Source of the DNA: a virus
Taxonomy: Duplodnaviria; Heunggongvirae; Uroviricota; Caudoviricetes
DNA length: 64,000 nt
Strand: one strand, 5' to 3'
Virus record (IMG/VR): IMGVR_UViG_3300021254_000030
Under the pieces are notes generated by a model that saw nothing but the letters and a program-made list of their open reading frames with translations, searched no databases and had not been told where the DNA came from. Positions 1 to 8,855 of the stretch are shown here, one piece after another (the stretch's first letter is position 1; the number at the start of each line of letters is the position of its first letter). The translations under genes and the position numbers were made by a program.

Positions 1-194
1 ATCTCTGCAATACAGGCAACCGCCAGATACTTATCCTATGCAGAATCAGATAAACATTTATTTACTTCCTTTTGAATATTTTTAGCTTCAGTTGAACCGA
101 ATGTTTTAGTAAGATTTGCTTTTCTAACATCTCTTTCTCCATATTTTCCAAGTAAAACATCGGAAACTGCAATTATCATTTCTAATCTTGTCAT
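1..194 (-). CDS. hypothetical protein, 3'-partial at window edge
   Basis: ATG at 194 (minus strand) with RBS AGAAGGAGATTAATAAATT upstream. One in-frame TAG at 36-38. Sits immediately downstream of the GH114-like gene in the same orientation. Confidence 0.35.
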
Positions 195-200
195 AATTTA

Positions 201-974
201 TTAATCTCCTTCTAAATCTGTATGTTTACTAATATAAAGTCCTTGCCATCCATGAGATTTACAATAGGCTTTGCATTTTTCAATACCGCTCGCGCTTTTT
301 ACATACTCAATAAGTCTAGTATAAAAACCTTGATTTTTACACCAATCTACATAAGCGGTACGATATTTTCTTTCTTCGGCGGATTGAGGATGAAAGTCTT
401 CATATAAAACACCTTCTTGATTAATGGTTTTTATTAAATTTTTATTTCCTCTAACTACCATTTTCCGCACAAATAGATCTGCCCCGTTTGGCATTACAAT
501 TAATCCCACTTTTTTAACAAGAGTCTTGAATACATTCTATAATGCAAGATAAGTGCTCGTTGCGGAAGGCGCTTTCCGCATCATTTTACTTTTTTCCTAG
601 CGGAAGCCCTATTTACACATATAATAAATATCGGCATTGTCGAAGTATAATCCAATAACACCAAGTTTTTTCATTTTTATAGCTTCATCAATTAAATGCT
701 TTTGCCAACTTTTATTAGTAACATCAATCCAGTATTCTCCTTCCCAGCCACTATATTTGGCGAGACGTAAATGTTTAAACTTTGAATAATAAGAGCGTTC
801 TTTCTATAGGGCGCCCGCATTTAAATAACCGTATATGAGAACTCCGCGGTTAATAGCATTTTTTATAATAGCAGGATCAATTCCATCTGTATCAATAACC
901 GCAAGATCATTTTTTTTACAATTTTTTAATGTTCTTGCTACATATTTTTGTTCAAAACAATATTTAAGAGCCAT
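201..974 (-). CDS. glycoside hydrolase family 114-like (TIM-barrel) protein, read through 4 in-frame TAG codons
   Basis: Track ORFs 804..1022 and 201..509 share one frame (both ends mod 3 = 2). Joined, they give motifs VIDTDGID, GVLIYGYLNAGAL, GWEGEYWIDV and GLYFDNADIY, which match GH114. TAG sits at 804-806, 609-611, 597-599 and 537-539. Likely start is MALKY with RBS AAAGGAAAC. Confidence 0.5.
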
Positions 975-1088
975 TGTGTTTCCTTTCATTATAAAAAAAG
1001 AGTTAATGAAATAAAATTTCATTAACTCAAATTATAGATTCTTTATATAAGATTAAAAAAACTAATAAAGGTTTAAATTAAATTGGCC

Positions 1089-1379
1089 TCAATCATTCCA
1101 AAATTTTTCTAACTCATTCCTTTTGTGATTATTATATCGGTTTGCATATATTTCTGCCTTTTTATCGCCCAACTCTAATAAAATAGGACTTAGATATTCT
1201 TCAATTATATCTATTTCTGGCTGTTCCCCTGAAAACAATAGTCGCTGAGGAATAATTACCGCTTCTCTTAAATTATTATAATGGTCAAATAATTCTACTT
1301 GCAACTGTTCGGCATTTAAAGGCACAAAGCGAACTTCTAACTTTAAATTTCTTATATATTTATTTAAAAAGTAAAACAT
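1089..1379 (-). CDS. hypothetical protein
   Basis: 96-aa ORF from the track, same orientation as the flanking operon. Confidence 0.45.
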   Translation of the reverse strand: MFYFLNKYIRNLKLEVRFVPLNAEQLQVELFDHYNNLREAVIIPQRLLFSGEQPEIDIIEEYLSPILLELGDKKAEIYANRYNNHKRNELEKFWND

Positions 1380-1427
1380 AACTAATCCTTTCTTTTATAT
1401 TTTCTTGAATAGCCTGTTGAAAGGAAA

Positions 1428-1967
1428 TTATTCGTTCACAACTTCAATGCAACAAGATTTCATTACTTCAAGAGCCGCTTTATGTTTCTCGGGGGTGGTT
1501 CCCGCGCAGCAAGAGGCATCTACAATAATTGGAGTGTGAGGAAAAATTGTTCTAAGAATAAGAGCATTGGAAATAACACAAATGTCTGTACATACTCCAA
1601 CAATTTCAATAGAAGCAGGTGGAAATCTTTTAAAAGATAGAGGATCTTCCCAAAGAAGATGACCAAAACTATTCTTTTCTGTTATATTATCAGCAAAAGG
1701 AAAAAGAGTATCTACTATACACCATCCTGGAGTGCCTTTAATACAGTGCGGCGGGACTTTACTCATTTCAATATTTTCTGTTGGATTATCATCATCCCAA
1801 TCTCGCAAATAATGGCTATCTTGAGTAAAAACAATTCTATCTGTTAATAGATTATATTCTTTTTTAATTTTAGTTTCTATCTTGGATACAATTGCGCGGG
1901 CTTCAGGTGTTCCAAGATTACCTGTTACAAAATCGTTTTGCATATCAACTACAATAAGTGCTCTCAT
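1428..1967 (-). CDS. isochorismatase-family cysteine hydrolase (nicotinamidase PncA-like)
   Basis: N-terminal VVDMQNDF motif and conserved Cys (VGVCTDICV) typical of the isochorismatase/PncA fold. 179 aa. Confidence 0.7.
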   Translation of the reverse strand: MRALIVVDMQNDFVTGNLGTPEARAIVSKIETKIKKEYNLLTDRIVFTQDSHYLRDWDDDNPTENIEMSKVPPHCIKGTPGWCIVDTLFPFADNITEKNSFGHLLWEDPLSFKRFPPASIEIVGVCTDICVISNALILRTIFPHTPIIVDASCCAGTTPEKHKAALEVMKSCCIEVVNE

Positions 1968-2037
1968 TTAAATTCCTTTCTTGCGGGCGGTAGGTTATGT
2001 CAGGATTGAAGGTGCCGCCGCATTTTTTATTATTAGA

Positions 2038-2274
2038 TTAATTAAATGAATGAAAAAGTCTTTGAGTAATTTCTCGAATATCAGAATCCGAAATATAGAT
2101 AAAGTTGGGTAAATTTGCAATAGTAAGTGAAGCTAATTGTAAAACAGAAAGGTTTGGAAATTGACTATCCCAATAAATAATTCGATTTTCAAGAGAAAAA
2201 GAATCCTGGGAAGCATTGTGAGCTTCCAAGTAATTTGATACAATTTCAAATGCGCGGGTCTGCTTATAATCCAT
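2038..2274 (-). CDS. hypothetical protein
   Basis: 78-aa track ORF, first gene after the leftward promoter at about 2290-2330. Confidence 0.4.
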   Translation of the reverse strand: MDYKQTRAFEIVSNYLEAHNASQDSFSLENRIIYWDSQFPNLSVLQLASLTIANLPNFIYISDSDIREITQRLFHSFN

Positions 2275-2285
2275 GTTTTTCTTCC

Positions 2286-2375
2286 TTTCCTATTGTTATT
2301 TTATTTTATAAATATATTATATAATAATTTTTTAAAGTTGACAACTTGATTTCATAGAGATTTTTTGTTATAATA
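2286..2375. promoter_or_regulatory. back-to-back divergent sigma70-like promoters
   Basis: Minus strand: TTGTCA-17 nt-TATAAT feeding the gene at 2274. Plus strand: TTGACA (2337-2342) ... TGTTATAAT (2365-2373) feeding the rightward block. Confidence 0.45.
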
Positions 2376-2568
2376 TAAAAAGAAAATAAAAGGAGATATG
2401 AGATGAGAGCAGTCGTATTAATAATAATAGATATAATGTTAGTGTATTGGTCAACGCTTCGCGTTGCCCAACTGGGTGCTTATTCAGCAAATTTGCACTT
2501 CGTGCAAATTCTGCTAAATGTCACCCAGGTAATAAATATAAAATAGAATAAATATAAGGGGGAATAGT

Positions 2569-2703
2569 ATGACAATAGTATGTGAATGTACTGCTTGTCC
2601 ATATAATAGAGGCCGCTTTTGTAGACATAGATTAGTATATATAAATGGAAATGGTGTTTGTAATAGATTAACAAAACCTAACTGGCGGGAGCCAGTTGAT
2701 TAG
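2569..2703 (+). CDS. small Cys-rich protein (DUF1540-like CECxxCxYN...C pattern)
   Basis: RBS AAGGGGGAATAGT before ATG at 2569. 44 aa, MTIVCECTACPYNRGRFCRH. Ends at TAG 2701-2703. Confidence 0.4.
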   Translation: MTIVCECTACPYNRGRFCRHRLVYINGNGVCNRLTKPNWREPVD

Positions 2704-2726
2704 AAATTTATGGAGGGGTATAGACC

Positions 2727-3197
2727 GTGTTAGTAGGAATCACAGGACATAGACCAGAAAGATTAGGAACTAATTGGCCAATAGTTGAAAGATGGATAGC
2801 AGGAAAATTAGGAGAGTATCAAAAGTCAGGAGAAAAAGTCAGTTTAATCACAGGCATGGCGCGCGGTACCGATCAAATTGCGGCAACTACTGCCATTGAT
2901 ATGGGGGTAGGGATAAGATGTTATTATCCTTTTCCGCATAAAATGAGTAATTTAGAAGATTATGTTATGACTCATGCGGAAGTCATTAGGTATGAGGCAA
3001 ATGAATATAGACCCAATGTGTATTTTACCAGGGACCGCCGCATTGTTGATGATTGTGATGTGCTTTTGGTTGTTTGGGATGGTGTTAAAATGGGGGGTAC
3101 TTATTATACTTATAAGTATGCTCTGGAAAAAGGTAAAAAGGTTGAAGTTTTTACGATACCTGTTGTTGGAAGTGATATAAATGGGAGGAAGTTATGA
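2727..3197 (+). CDS. SLOG-superfamily (DprA/Smf-LOG-like Rossmann) protein
   Basis: VGITGHRPERLG near the N-terminus and GMARGTDQIAA, which resembles the DprA/YpsA-type nucleotide-binding motif. 156 aa. Confidence 0.5.
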   Translation: MLVGITGHRPERLGTNWPIVERWIAGKLGEYQKSGEKVSLITGMARGTDQIAATTAIDMGVGIRCYYPFPHKMSNLEDYVMTHAEVIRYEANEYRPNVYFTRDRRIVDDCDVLLVVWDGVKMGGTYYTYKYALEKGKKVEVFTIPVVGSDINGRKL

Positions 3198-3407
3198 TAA
3201 TGCCTTTTGGTGCAATATTGGTTACAATGTTGGAATATGAAAGAACAAGAGAAAAAGAAGATGAGCGGGAAGCAGATGATGAGGAAGATGAGGAGTAGAG
3301 TTAATCTGGAAAAGGAGGGGCCGCCGCATGATTGTTGGAGTTTGGTTTAAAAATAAATAGTGGTGTGAGAAATGGTTTGCAGATTTTTTAAGTAAGATTG
3401 ATTAGGA

Positions 3408-3695
3408 TATGATTCATGGGGTTCGTAGATCTAAAACGCAACCGCCTATAGTAATAATGAAAAATGGTAATTATATTAGAGGTATTTCTGCAAAAGAAAG
3501 TTCCCGGGGACATAAATCAGATGTAGCTTATTTAGAACCGGGGATAAGAGAATCAAAAATATTTGATTATGTAATTTAGCCTACTGTTGTTACTTATGAT
3601 TTTAATTTTGAACGAGGTAGATATAAAAGAGGGGAGATTTATGAAGGTTTTTATGGGGGGTAGGTTAAATTGGATTAGGTTCCCTGAAATTGGGG
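3408..3695 (+). pseudogene. terminase large subunit-like fragment (diverged copy of the TerL ATPase segment)
   Basis: ISAKESSRGHKSDVAYLEPG...YVIQPTVV parallels ILAAKESSRGQRRTGGVMEECVLID...EVIIPTT from the real TerL exon 2 (28168-28500). Only about 95 codons, with 3 in-frame TAGs. Confidence 0.3.
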
Positions 3696-3765
3696 GTAGA
3701 GTAATGAGTGATTAAGGTGCGGATCCCGCATGGGGGAACCTTTTTCTATATTTTGCTTGAGAAAA

Positions 3766-3812
3766 GTTTCATAAAATCGTTGTTTCTTTGGAAACAGGTT
3801 TTATGAAACTTA
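3766..3812. repeat. nested inverted repeat GTTTCATAAAA...TTTTATGAAAC with inner GTTTC..GAAAC
   Basis: Perfect 11-bp arms separated by about 22 nt, directly upstream of the iteron block. Confidence 0.4.
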
Positions 3813-3826
3813 CTTTATTTTTACTT

Positions 3827-3957
3827 AATTGTTAAAAAAAGTTGTTAAATTTTTGGTGCTATATGTAATTTATTTAGTGAAGAAATTGTTAAAAAAAATT
3901 GTTAAAAAATTGGTGCTATATGTAATTGTTAAAAGGGTCAATTTTTTGTTAAAAAGG
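3827..3957 (+). repeat. iteron array, TTGTTAAAA repeated about 6 times (with TTGGTGCTATATGTAATT twice)
   Basis: Direct repeats visible at 3829, 3842, 3887, 3899, 3927 and 3946, in an AT-rich region before the rep-like gene. Confidence 0.5.
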
Positions 3958-4014
3958 GATTAGTTTTTTGAAGTAATAATAGCATATTAAAGATATAGAA
4001 AAGGAGGAAAAAAT

Positions 4015-4713
4015 ATGCAGATTGTAAGTAATTCAAGACAAATTCCTAAAACAAAAGAATATATTGCTAATTCAAGTTATTGTGATAATTTATATGGTTA
4101 TTTACAAGCTATGTCTCATTGGGATGGAGTTCTAACTCATCCTCGCTTTGTATATAAGAAAGAAATAAATTATTCAAAAATAGCAAAAGATCTTAATAGA
4201 AGTCGTCAAACTATTAGTACAAAATTTAAATTGATGTTAGAAGGTACTAAAGAAAATGAAAAAAGCGGGTTGCCGCCCTTAATAAGGAAGAAAGATGATA
4301 TATTTGAATTAATTGCATTAGAATCTAATTTAGCGATGCTTGTTCCGCAGAGTACTTTAGAAGTGTTAGTAAGTGCGTTGAGCGATCATGCGATTTCTAT
4401 TTATGTGTATTTATTTAATAGATATTATGCTAGCGGGAAAAGACCTTTTCGGTTTAGTTATACTTAGTTAAAAAATGCTATTGGAATAGCGGCTAAAAGT
4501 AATGGAAATAATTATATTATAAATAGTATTTTATATGTTTTAGAGAAAATTGGATTAATAAAATATTCTAGTAAGGATGCCGTAAATGAAGTTGGACAGT
4601 TGGTTAAAGTTCATTATATAGAAAAGATGTGGAATGAATTAGAAGATTGTCCAGAAGAATTAGAAAATAATATTCTTTATCGTAAATTATCTCGGCAATC
4701 AAAAATTTGTTAA
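4015..4713 (+). CDS. putative replication initiator / winged-helix DNA-binding protein; one in-frame TAG at 4465-4467
   Basis: HTH-like segment YSKIAKDLNRSRQTISTKFKLM. The track ORF stops at TAG 4465, but the same frame stays open to TAA at 4711-4713 (81 more codons, GLIKY-type C-terminus). Flanked by iterons on both sides. Confidence 0.5.
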
Positions 4714-4763
4714 AATTTTGGTGGTCCTTTGTTAAAAATTTGGTGGTCCTTTGTTAAAAAAAC
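4706..4763 (+). repeat. direct repeats TTTGGTGGTCCTTTGTTAAAAA x2 plus TTGTTAAAA
   Basis: Second iteron-like block, at the 3' end of the rep-like gene. Confidence 0.45.
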
Positions 4764-5082
4764 ATTGATGTATATAATAGAATAATAGAATAAATAATAG
4801 AAAGGCAGTGAAATGATATTAGAAGGAATTGCAATAATATTAACAATAATTTAGGTAGGGATATTAGTTTATGGCCTTTGGAAGAAAAAAGAAGAAAGAG
4901 GAAGAGATAAAGTAAAAGGAGATTGATTAAAAAAGTTTTATGTAATTTAATATAGATAATTATGTAAATTATATAAAATTGAAATAAAATGATGTAAAAT
5001 GATGTAAATTGGGGAGGTGTGGTGGCACCTACCTACCTCCTATATCCCATATAAAATACAAAAAACGATCGTGACTGTACAC

Positions 5083-5115
5083 GGGAGAATTTTTTTTATA
5101 AAAAAAAATTCTCCC
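5083..5115. terminator. bidirectional intrinsic terminator
   Basis: Perfect hairpin GGGAGAATTTTTTTT ATAA AAAAAAATTCTCCC. Confidence 0.5.
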
Positions 5116-5172
5116 TCATTATAATTATAATAAAAAATTAATAAGAAATCAAATACGATTTCTCATTAACCG

Positions 5173-5203
5173 AAACTCGTTTTTTTAAAAAACGAGTTTT
5201 TTT
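5173..5203. terminator. intrinsic terminator hairpin
   Basis: AAACTCGTTTTTTT AAAAAACGAGTTTTTTT. Confidence 0.4.
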
Positions 5204-5376
5204 TAATTTTAACATATTTTTTTATTAAAGTCAAATGACGGTTTGAATAATGAAGCCATATGCGATGGTGCTCTCGGTATCTCGATCTGGACCATATGGC
5301 CCTATGATGCGGGCGGCAGGTGTTTCTAGAATAGGGTGGCCGCCCTCATTTATGTGGATAGATTCACTCTTGTGAA

Positions 5377-5500
5377 TTGTGCAATTTGTACAAAAATTTT
5401 GGGAAAATAGGTGAAAAATTTGTGCAATTTTTTTTGAAAAAAATATTGACAATGGGTAGATTTTGTGGTATAATTGGGCGCGGGTCAGAGACACCGCGCC
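5377..5500 (+). promoter_or_regulatory. rightward operator-promoter-GC-hairpin module (copy 1)
   Basis: Inverted repeat TTGTGCAATTTGTACAAA ... AAATTTGTGCAA, then TTGACA 5446-5451, a 17-nt spacer, TATAAT 5469-5474 and hairpin GGCGCGGGTC..ACCGCGCC at 5477-5500. Antisense to the leftward gene at 5568-5732. Confidence 0.5.
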
Positions 5501-5567
5501 GACGATTGTTAAAATTTTAACAGTATGTAGATATAAAAAAGGCAGGGCTTCCGCCCCGCCTGTATGG

Positions 5568-5732
5568 ATTAAACACTATAAAATTTAAAATCATGTGTCA
5601 CGCACCAGTAAGCAAAAAAGCACTGTCCATTATGATTAAGTAAACACTCTTTGCAATGAGAGTTATTTTTAACAATCTCTTCCAAAATAGCGTTAAGCAT
5701 TTCTGCGGATTGAATAGTTAATGTAGTATTCA
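5568..5732 (-). CDS. small hypothetical protein (54 aa)
   Basis: ATG at 5732, MNTTLTIQSAEMLNAILEEIVKNNSHCKECLLNHNGQCFFAYW. Followed by the terminator CAGGCGGGGCGGAAGCCCTGCC plus a T-run. Confidence 0.35.
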
Positions 5733-5832
5733 TTTTTTAATCTCCCATAAAACATGTACATGACCGAATCGGAAAAGGACTTTGTAAAAGTCCCATCCTA
5801 TTCTGATTTTACCTTTTTCTTTCTCAGGAAGT

Positions 5833-6000
5833 TTAATTATCTTCATCATCATCATCAATATTCCATTCATTGGGGCTTCTATATTCTCCAGAAATCTCAA
5901 AACAATATTTTTCAAAAGGACAGCCACAACAAACCTCTGTCTCCAGACATGCTTTTTTGATAATTTTCATACCTACTCTCATTTTATTTTTCCAATCCAT
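5833..6000 (-). CDS. small Cys-rich acidic protein (55 aa)
   Basis: RBS AGGAGTAAAAA before ATG at 6000. MDWKNKMRVG...CCGCPFEKYC...DDDDEDN. Preferred over the overlapping track ORF 5730..5927 on RBS and composition. Confidence 0.35.
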   Translation of the reverse strand: MDWKNKMRVGMKIIKKACLETEVCCGCPFEKYCFEISGEYRSPNEWNIDDDDEDN

Positions 6001-6003
6001 TTT

Positions 6004-6159
6004 TTACTCCTCTTCATCATCACAAATAGGATTTATATCTATATCATAGGAGGGGTGAGTGTCACAGGCAAACATGCGTTCCGCCTGATTTATTGCATCC
6101 CACTTATCAACTGCATCATCAATAGAATAAGTAATACAGATTGTTACATCATATTTCAT
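6004..6159 (-). CDS. small acidic hypothetical protein (51 aa)
   Basis: ATG at 6159 overlaps the upstream TGA (ATGA). Ends DDEEE. Confidence 0.35.
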   Translation of the reverse strand: MKYDVTICITYSIDDAVDKWDAINQAERMFACDTHPSYDIDINPICDDEEE

Positions 6160-6374
6160 CTTGTTTTCTCCCTTGCCATATCGTTAAATTTCTGCCAAAT
6201 GCCCTCTTCGCCTTCCCAAAATCTCTCAAGGTCATCGTAGGGAAGAAACTTCTGTGCAAACATAACAACGCCGAAAGCCTGCGCGCGGAAGTTTAAAACA
6301 GATTCAGCAGTTGTAGCATCTTTCGCATAGCGGAGCATTTTTTCTACGAAATCCTTTACATCATTCATGGTCAT
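6156..6374 (-). CDS. hypothetical protein
   Basis: 72-aa track ORF with RBS and promoter cassette upstream. Confidence 0.45.
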   Translation of the reverse strand: MTMNDVKDFVEKMLRYAKDATTAESVLNFRAQAFGVVMFAQKFLPYDDLERFWEGEEGIWQKFNDMAREKTR

Positions 6375-6549
6375 TGTCGTTTATCTCCTTTCCTCTTGTT
6401 GATAATATAAGTATACCAAAATATTGGGAAAATGCAATAGGTAATGTTGCACAAAAATGCGATTTGATTTTTGGCGAAGGTGACTATTGACATGATTTTG
6501 GGCGCTGTCTCAATGGACAGCGCCCCGCCCAAAGAAGCGGGGCTTAATA

Positions 6550-6774
6550 TCACTGTTCAAGCAGTCTTTCTGCTATACGCCTTATCACAAATTTTTCTGT
6601 ATTATCAATTTCTTTTTCGTTATTCTCAATAAAAATGTCAGCTTCAGAAAGACAACAAAAAGAACTTAAAATGGCGCCAGTATATTCTTCATATATTACG
6701 GAAAGAACCTCTTCAACGATTTCATCAATATTAATATCAATATTTTTAGAACCAATAACAAAAGCCATAATCAA
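6550..6774 (-). CDS. hypothetical protein
   Basis: 74-aa track ORF. Terminator hairpins GCCCCGC..GCGGGGC downstream. Confidence 0.45.
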   Translation of the reverse strand: MIMAFVIGSKNIDINIDEIVEEVLSVIYEEYTGAILSSFCCLSEADIFIENNEKEIDNTEKFVIRRIAERLLEQ

Positions 6775-6968
6775 AACTCCTTAAAAACTTCTTTTTGACA
6801 ATCAGGGCACAGACCAGAAACAAAGCGTTCGCGGTCAGTAGGTGACATATGCGGGAAAGCATCCTGCACAAGTTCGCCAGACTGGTATGTAAGATACTGT
6901 TCAAAGTCAACAGTAAGTTCATGTTCACAACCGCAGATAGGACAAGTAAAAAGAATTGTAATATCCAT
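6771..6968 (-). CDS. zinc-ribbon protein (CxxC...CxxC)
   Basis: CPICGC...CPDC in 65 aa. ATGA overlap with the next gene. Confidence 0.45.
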   Translation of the reverse strand: MDITILFTCPICGCEHELTVDFEQYLTYQSGELVQDAFPHMSPTDRERFVSGLCPDCQKEVFKEF

Positions 6969-6979
6969 TTTATACTCCT

Positions 6980-7297
6980 TTACTCAAATATAAAACAATT
7001 ACTATTATCCATCTCTAATGTCGTAGAATCACAACCATAGCTATCACTATCAGAGGCTTCACTATAGGCATAATCGGTATTAAACTCATACTTAATTGTA
7101 ACATCAGCATCAACAAGAGCCCGATAGACTTTGATGAAATCAGCAATTAAATGCTGTCGTTTCTGAGCCTTCCTTTTTTCAACTTCCTTTTGTAGAGTAC
7201 CAATAGCAGATTGAAGAGTTGCAATAGAAATGTCAAGGTTGGAATCATCCTGTTTGCAAGCATCATTGATGAAATTGTAAAGAGCTTCATTTTCCAT
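6980..7297 (-). CDS. hypothetical protein
   Basis: 105-aa track ORF. Confidence 0.45.
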   Translation of the reverse strand: MENEALYNFINDACKQDDSNLDISIATLQSAIGTLQKEVEKRKAQKRQHLIADFIKVYRALVDADVTIKYEFNTDYAYSEASDSDSYGCDSTTLEMDNSNCFIFE

Positions 7298-7299
7298 TT

Positions 7300-7464
7300 T
7301 TATTCCCCCTTTTTAATTTTTAAATCATAAAAAATGTAAGAAATTAAATCTAACATAAATTCTTTTTCATCATCGGTTGTGGCTTCATTATTACCCAACT
7401 TAACAAGAGCGTCTAAAAGAGATAAAGAAAAATCTTTACTAAGATTGTATGTTATTTTTTTCAT
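7300..7464 (-). CDS. small hypothetical protein (54 aa)
   Basis: ATG at 7464, MKKITYNLSKDF..., upstream of 6980..7297 in an operon-like arrangement. Confidence 0.3.
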   Translation of the reverse strand: MKKITYNLSKDFSLSLLDALVKLGNNEATTDDEKEFMLDLISYIFYDLKIKKGE

Positions 7465-7530
7465 TTTGTTTTTTCCTTTCCTGTTGATAAGTATAGTATA
7501 TCAGATTATAGGAAAAATACAATAGACAGG

Positions 7531-7620
7531 TTGCACAAAAAGTTAAATGAAAATTTGTTGATTATGTATATTGACACAAAACTTGGCGCGCCTGGGTTGT
7601 AGGCGCGCCAGCCTTAGGAA
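7531..7620 (+). promoter_or_regulatory. rightward promoter-like element with GGCGCGCC hairpin (copy 2, weaker -10)
   Basis: TTGCACAAAA operator half-site, TTGACA 7571-7576, hairpin GGCGCGCC TGGGTTGTA GGCGCGCC at 7584-7608. Confidence 0.35.
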
Positions 7621-7956
7621 GTTATCCTAAAGCCGGCATAGCCTTTTATCTGCTCCATCTTGTAAAGATGAAAGCAAGAACAACAGCAACAAGAATATAA
7701 GCAGTGCCAAGGTGAGGCTGAGAACCAGGGTAATAATAATACAACATTAATCTTCCTCTCTTTCTTTCTTTTCATAGTGGTTACAGGCGAAAACCGTCAT
7801 ATCACCTTTTTCGCAAATGTCGCAGTCACAGCAACCCTCTTTGCGTTTAACGCAATCTTTACAGAGACAGCACATACATGTTATATTATTCATTTTTTTT
7901 TATTTCCTTTCTTTTGATAATATTATTTTATTAAATTTTTTATTTTTTGTCAACTG

Positions 7957-8250
7957 TTACACTGTGGTATCAACACCACAGAGTAACAGAACATAACAAA
8001 TGCAAGTGAAAGCGAACGGCCCCATTTTAGTAGGAATAACATCATAAACATTTGGATATAATTCCTCAATACCTGTTAAGAGCATTCCGCCCCAATTACC
8101 GCCACAAGCTACACAATGACCAAGAAAATCAGTCATAGTACCACGAAAAGGATTAACAGTAAAAGCGGTTTCAATAACTTTTTTACCATTTTCTCCCCAG
8201 TTTTCAACAAGATAATTCTGTGCTTCAATAATCATATCGTAAGTAATCAT
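7957..8250 (-). CDS. hypothetical protein
   Basis: Track ORF trimmed to ATG at 8250 (MITYDMIIEAQ) with RBS AAAGGAAAT. Confidence 0.45.
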   Translation of the reverse strand: MITYDMIIEAQNYLVENWGENGKKVIETAFTVNPFRGTMTDFLGHCVACGGNWGGMLLTGIEELYPNVYDVIPTKMGPFAFTCICYVLLLCGVDTTV

Positions 8251-8349
8251 AATTTTATTTCCTTTCTGTTGTTTTCTTCTTGACAATTATTATTATATCA
8301 AATAATGGGAATAATACAATAGGCAAAATAAACAAAAAATAGATAAAAA

Positions 8350-8408
8350 AATTGTTAAACATTACATATTGACAAAAAAAAATGGCGCGCCTGGGTTGTA
8401 GGCGCGCC
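8350..8408 (+). promoter_or_regulatory. GGCGCGCC hairpin element (copy 3, promoter weak)
   Basis: TTGACA 8371-8376 then hairpin GGCGCGCC TGGGTTGTA GGCGCGCC, with the same loop as copy 2. Confidence 0.3.
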
Positions 8409-8450
8409 AAAAAAGGCTACCACTCTATAAAGGGTGGTAGCCCTGTAAAA

Positions 8451-8855
8451 TTACTCGACATCAGTCTCGCCGTCAGCGTCAGCGTCAGGGGCAACAAAAT
8501 CAATCCCCTGGACGGCGTAGAAAGTCTTTTTCTTAAAGACCTTCTTCTGCACCTGGCCCGCCTTTACAAGCTGACCCAGCAGGGCGCCAACCTTCTGCAC
8601 GCTGTACTCGGCCATGCGGTCATCGTCACGGATAGCAGTCATGGTGACGAACTCTTCAGCCTCGCCAAGGATGTCAAGGATGACCGCCTTCAGCTCCTCG
8701 TTCAGCTTCTGCGTCTTAGTCGGACCGCCCTTGCTTCCACGCTTTGCCAGCTGTGCGGACAGAGCCTTCAGACGCTCGGTAGCCTCTGCATTGGTGTCAC
8801 CGATAGCGGTAAGTGCGATTGCGATTGCCTGTGCGTAAGTCATAGTGTTGGTCAT
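8451..8855 (-). CDS. paralog-family protein 1 (about 130 aa, acidic C-terminus)
   Basis: MTNTMTYAQAIAIALTAIGD...KRGSKGGPTKTQK... Shares about 50-60% identity with 12053..12454 and 14329..14712. Own promoter TTGACA-17 nt-TATAAT on the minus strand (plus coordinates 8908-8936) and terminator GGCTACCACTCTATAAAGGGTGGTAGCC. Confidence 0.55.
   Translation of the reverse strand: MTNTMTYAQAIAIALTAIGDTNAEATERLKALSAQLAKRGSKGGPTKTQKLNEELKAVILDILGEAEEFVTMTAIRDDDRMAEYSVQKVGALLGQLVKAGQVQKKVFKKKTFYAVQGIDFVAPDADADGETDVE

Noticed and set aside
5231-5494. 87-aa minus-strand ORF
   Set aside because: Overlaps the operator/promoter module and terminators. No RBS.
6371-6553. 60-aa minus-strand ORF
   Set aside because: Falls in a promoter/terminator intergenic region. 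Hydrophobic low-complexity translation.
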